Assembly: GCA_016936395.1 (NCBI GenBank)
Contig: JAFGXY010000042.1
Location: 13,001 to 77,000 of the forward strand
DNA length: 64,000 nt
Source of the DNA: Paracoccaceae bacterium
GTDB lineage: Bacteria > Pseudomonadota > Alphaproteobacteria > Rhodobacterales > Rhodobacteraceae
Direction: 5' to 3'
Shown: piece by piece, positions 63,543 through 64,000 of the stretch
How positions within the stretch are numbered: position 1 is the stretch's first letter
How the letters are laid out: each line of letters opens with the position of its first letter
Translations under genes and position numbers: made by a program
The notes under the pieces: model-generated
Told to the model about the DNA's origin: nothing
The model's input: only the letters and a program-made list of their open reading frames with translations
Databases searched by the model: none

Positions 63543-64000
63543 ATGCGTCCCGTTTTCGTTGTCTCATTGTTGATGCTTGCCATTGGTCTGGCCCAGCCCG
63601 CCCTTGCCGAAACCGCAACTGCGGCAACCGATGGCACCCCGGCCGCCACCCCCACCCTGCCCGCGATCACCGTCTCGACGGTCGACATGCGCCCGCTGCG
63701 CGACCGGGTGATTGCCACGGGCCTGATTGCACCGCTGGAAACCGTGCAGATTGCCCCGCTGATCGAAGGTCAGCCGATCGAGACCCTGCTGGCCGATATC
63801 GGTGACAAGGTGCAGGCCGGGCAAGTGCTGGCGGTTCTGTCGAAAACCACGCTGGATTTGCAGAAAAGCCAGTTCACCGCCTCGCTGGCCTCGGCGCGGG
63901 CAACCATTGCCCAGGCCGAAGCGCAGTTGCTGGATGCCCGCAGTTCGGCCGACGAGGCGCAGCGCGTCAGTGAACGGACCGCGGCCTTGCGCAAACAGGG
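63543..64000 (+). CDS. efflux RND transporter periplasmic adaptor (MFP) subunit, N-terminal part (runs off the right edge)
   Basis: An ATG 3 nt after the TetR stop opens MRPVFVVSLLMLAIGLAQPALA (signal peptide) ...RVIATGLIAPLETVQIAPLIEGQPIETLLADIGDKVQAGQVLAVL, followed by a coiled-coil. There is no stop before the window end, so it is absent from the track. Confidence 0.8.
   Translation, partial: MRPVFVVSLLMLAIGLAQPALAETATAATDGTPAATPTLPAITVSTVDMRPLRDRVIATGLIAPLETVQIAPLIEGQPIETLLADIGDKVQAGQVLAVLSKTTLDLQKSQFTASLASARATIAQAEAQLLDARSSADEAQRVSERTAALRKQ

Overview
The window is a gene-dense, visibly GC-rich chromosomal segment with strong G/C bias at third codon positions. Gene content and the RpoE-ChrR locus suggest an alphaproteobacterium of Rhodobacterales type; that taxonomic call is inference. 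I support about 66 protein-coding genes, one tRNA-Arg(CCT), several regulatory palindromes and promoters, two or three hairpin terminators and three repeat elements. I found no rRNA, CRISPR array, transposase, integrase or prophage.

Gene content, left to right:
- **Housekeeping genes:** purH, lspA, a pair of M16 peptidases, mutL-rmuC, rsmB, dapB, rbfA, truB, ubiG and pip.
- **Singlet-oxygen stress locus:** rpoE-chrR lies back to back with a five-gene operon resembling the Rhodobacter sphaeroides furan-fatty-acid operon.
- **Periplasmic dehydrogenase module:** a Tat small subunit, a GMC flavoprotein, a PQQ-type beta-propeller and a dihaem cytochrome c4.
- **Transport:** two paralogous Liv-type ABC operons, and a Dpp-type peptide ABC operon ending in an M19 dipeptidase.
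- **Candidate sulfonate or D-amino-acid cluster:** a HisD paralog, a DcyD/CuyA-family PLP enzyme and an Asp/Glu-family racemase.
- **Right edge:** a TetR gene followed by a truncated RND adaptor gene.

The most unusual sequence-level signals:
1. Two back-to-back promoters, both TGATCCAAC-N13-CGTA, sit in the rpoE intergenic region.
2. A roughly 170-bp G/C-tract palindromic MITE/REP-like element carries canonical G-quadruplex motifs on both strands. It is inserted between the two ATPase genes of the peptide ABC operon.
3. A 5 x 33-nt in-frame tandem repeat lies in the basic tail of a DEAD-box helicase.
4. Perfect AT-rich palindromes lie at the starts of a CopG-like gene and a TetR gene.

Many very long ORFs in the supplied track are antisense or shadow ORFs typical of high-GC DNA, and I rejected them. 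All functional calls come from reading the translated ORFs by eye; no database search was run.
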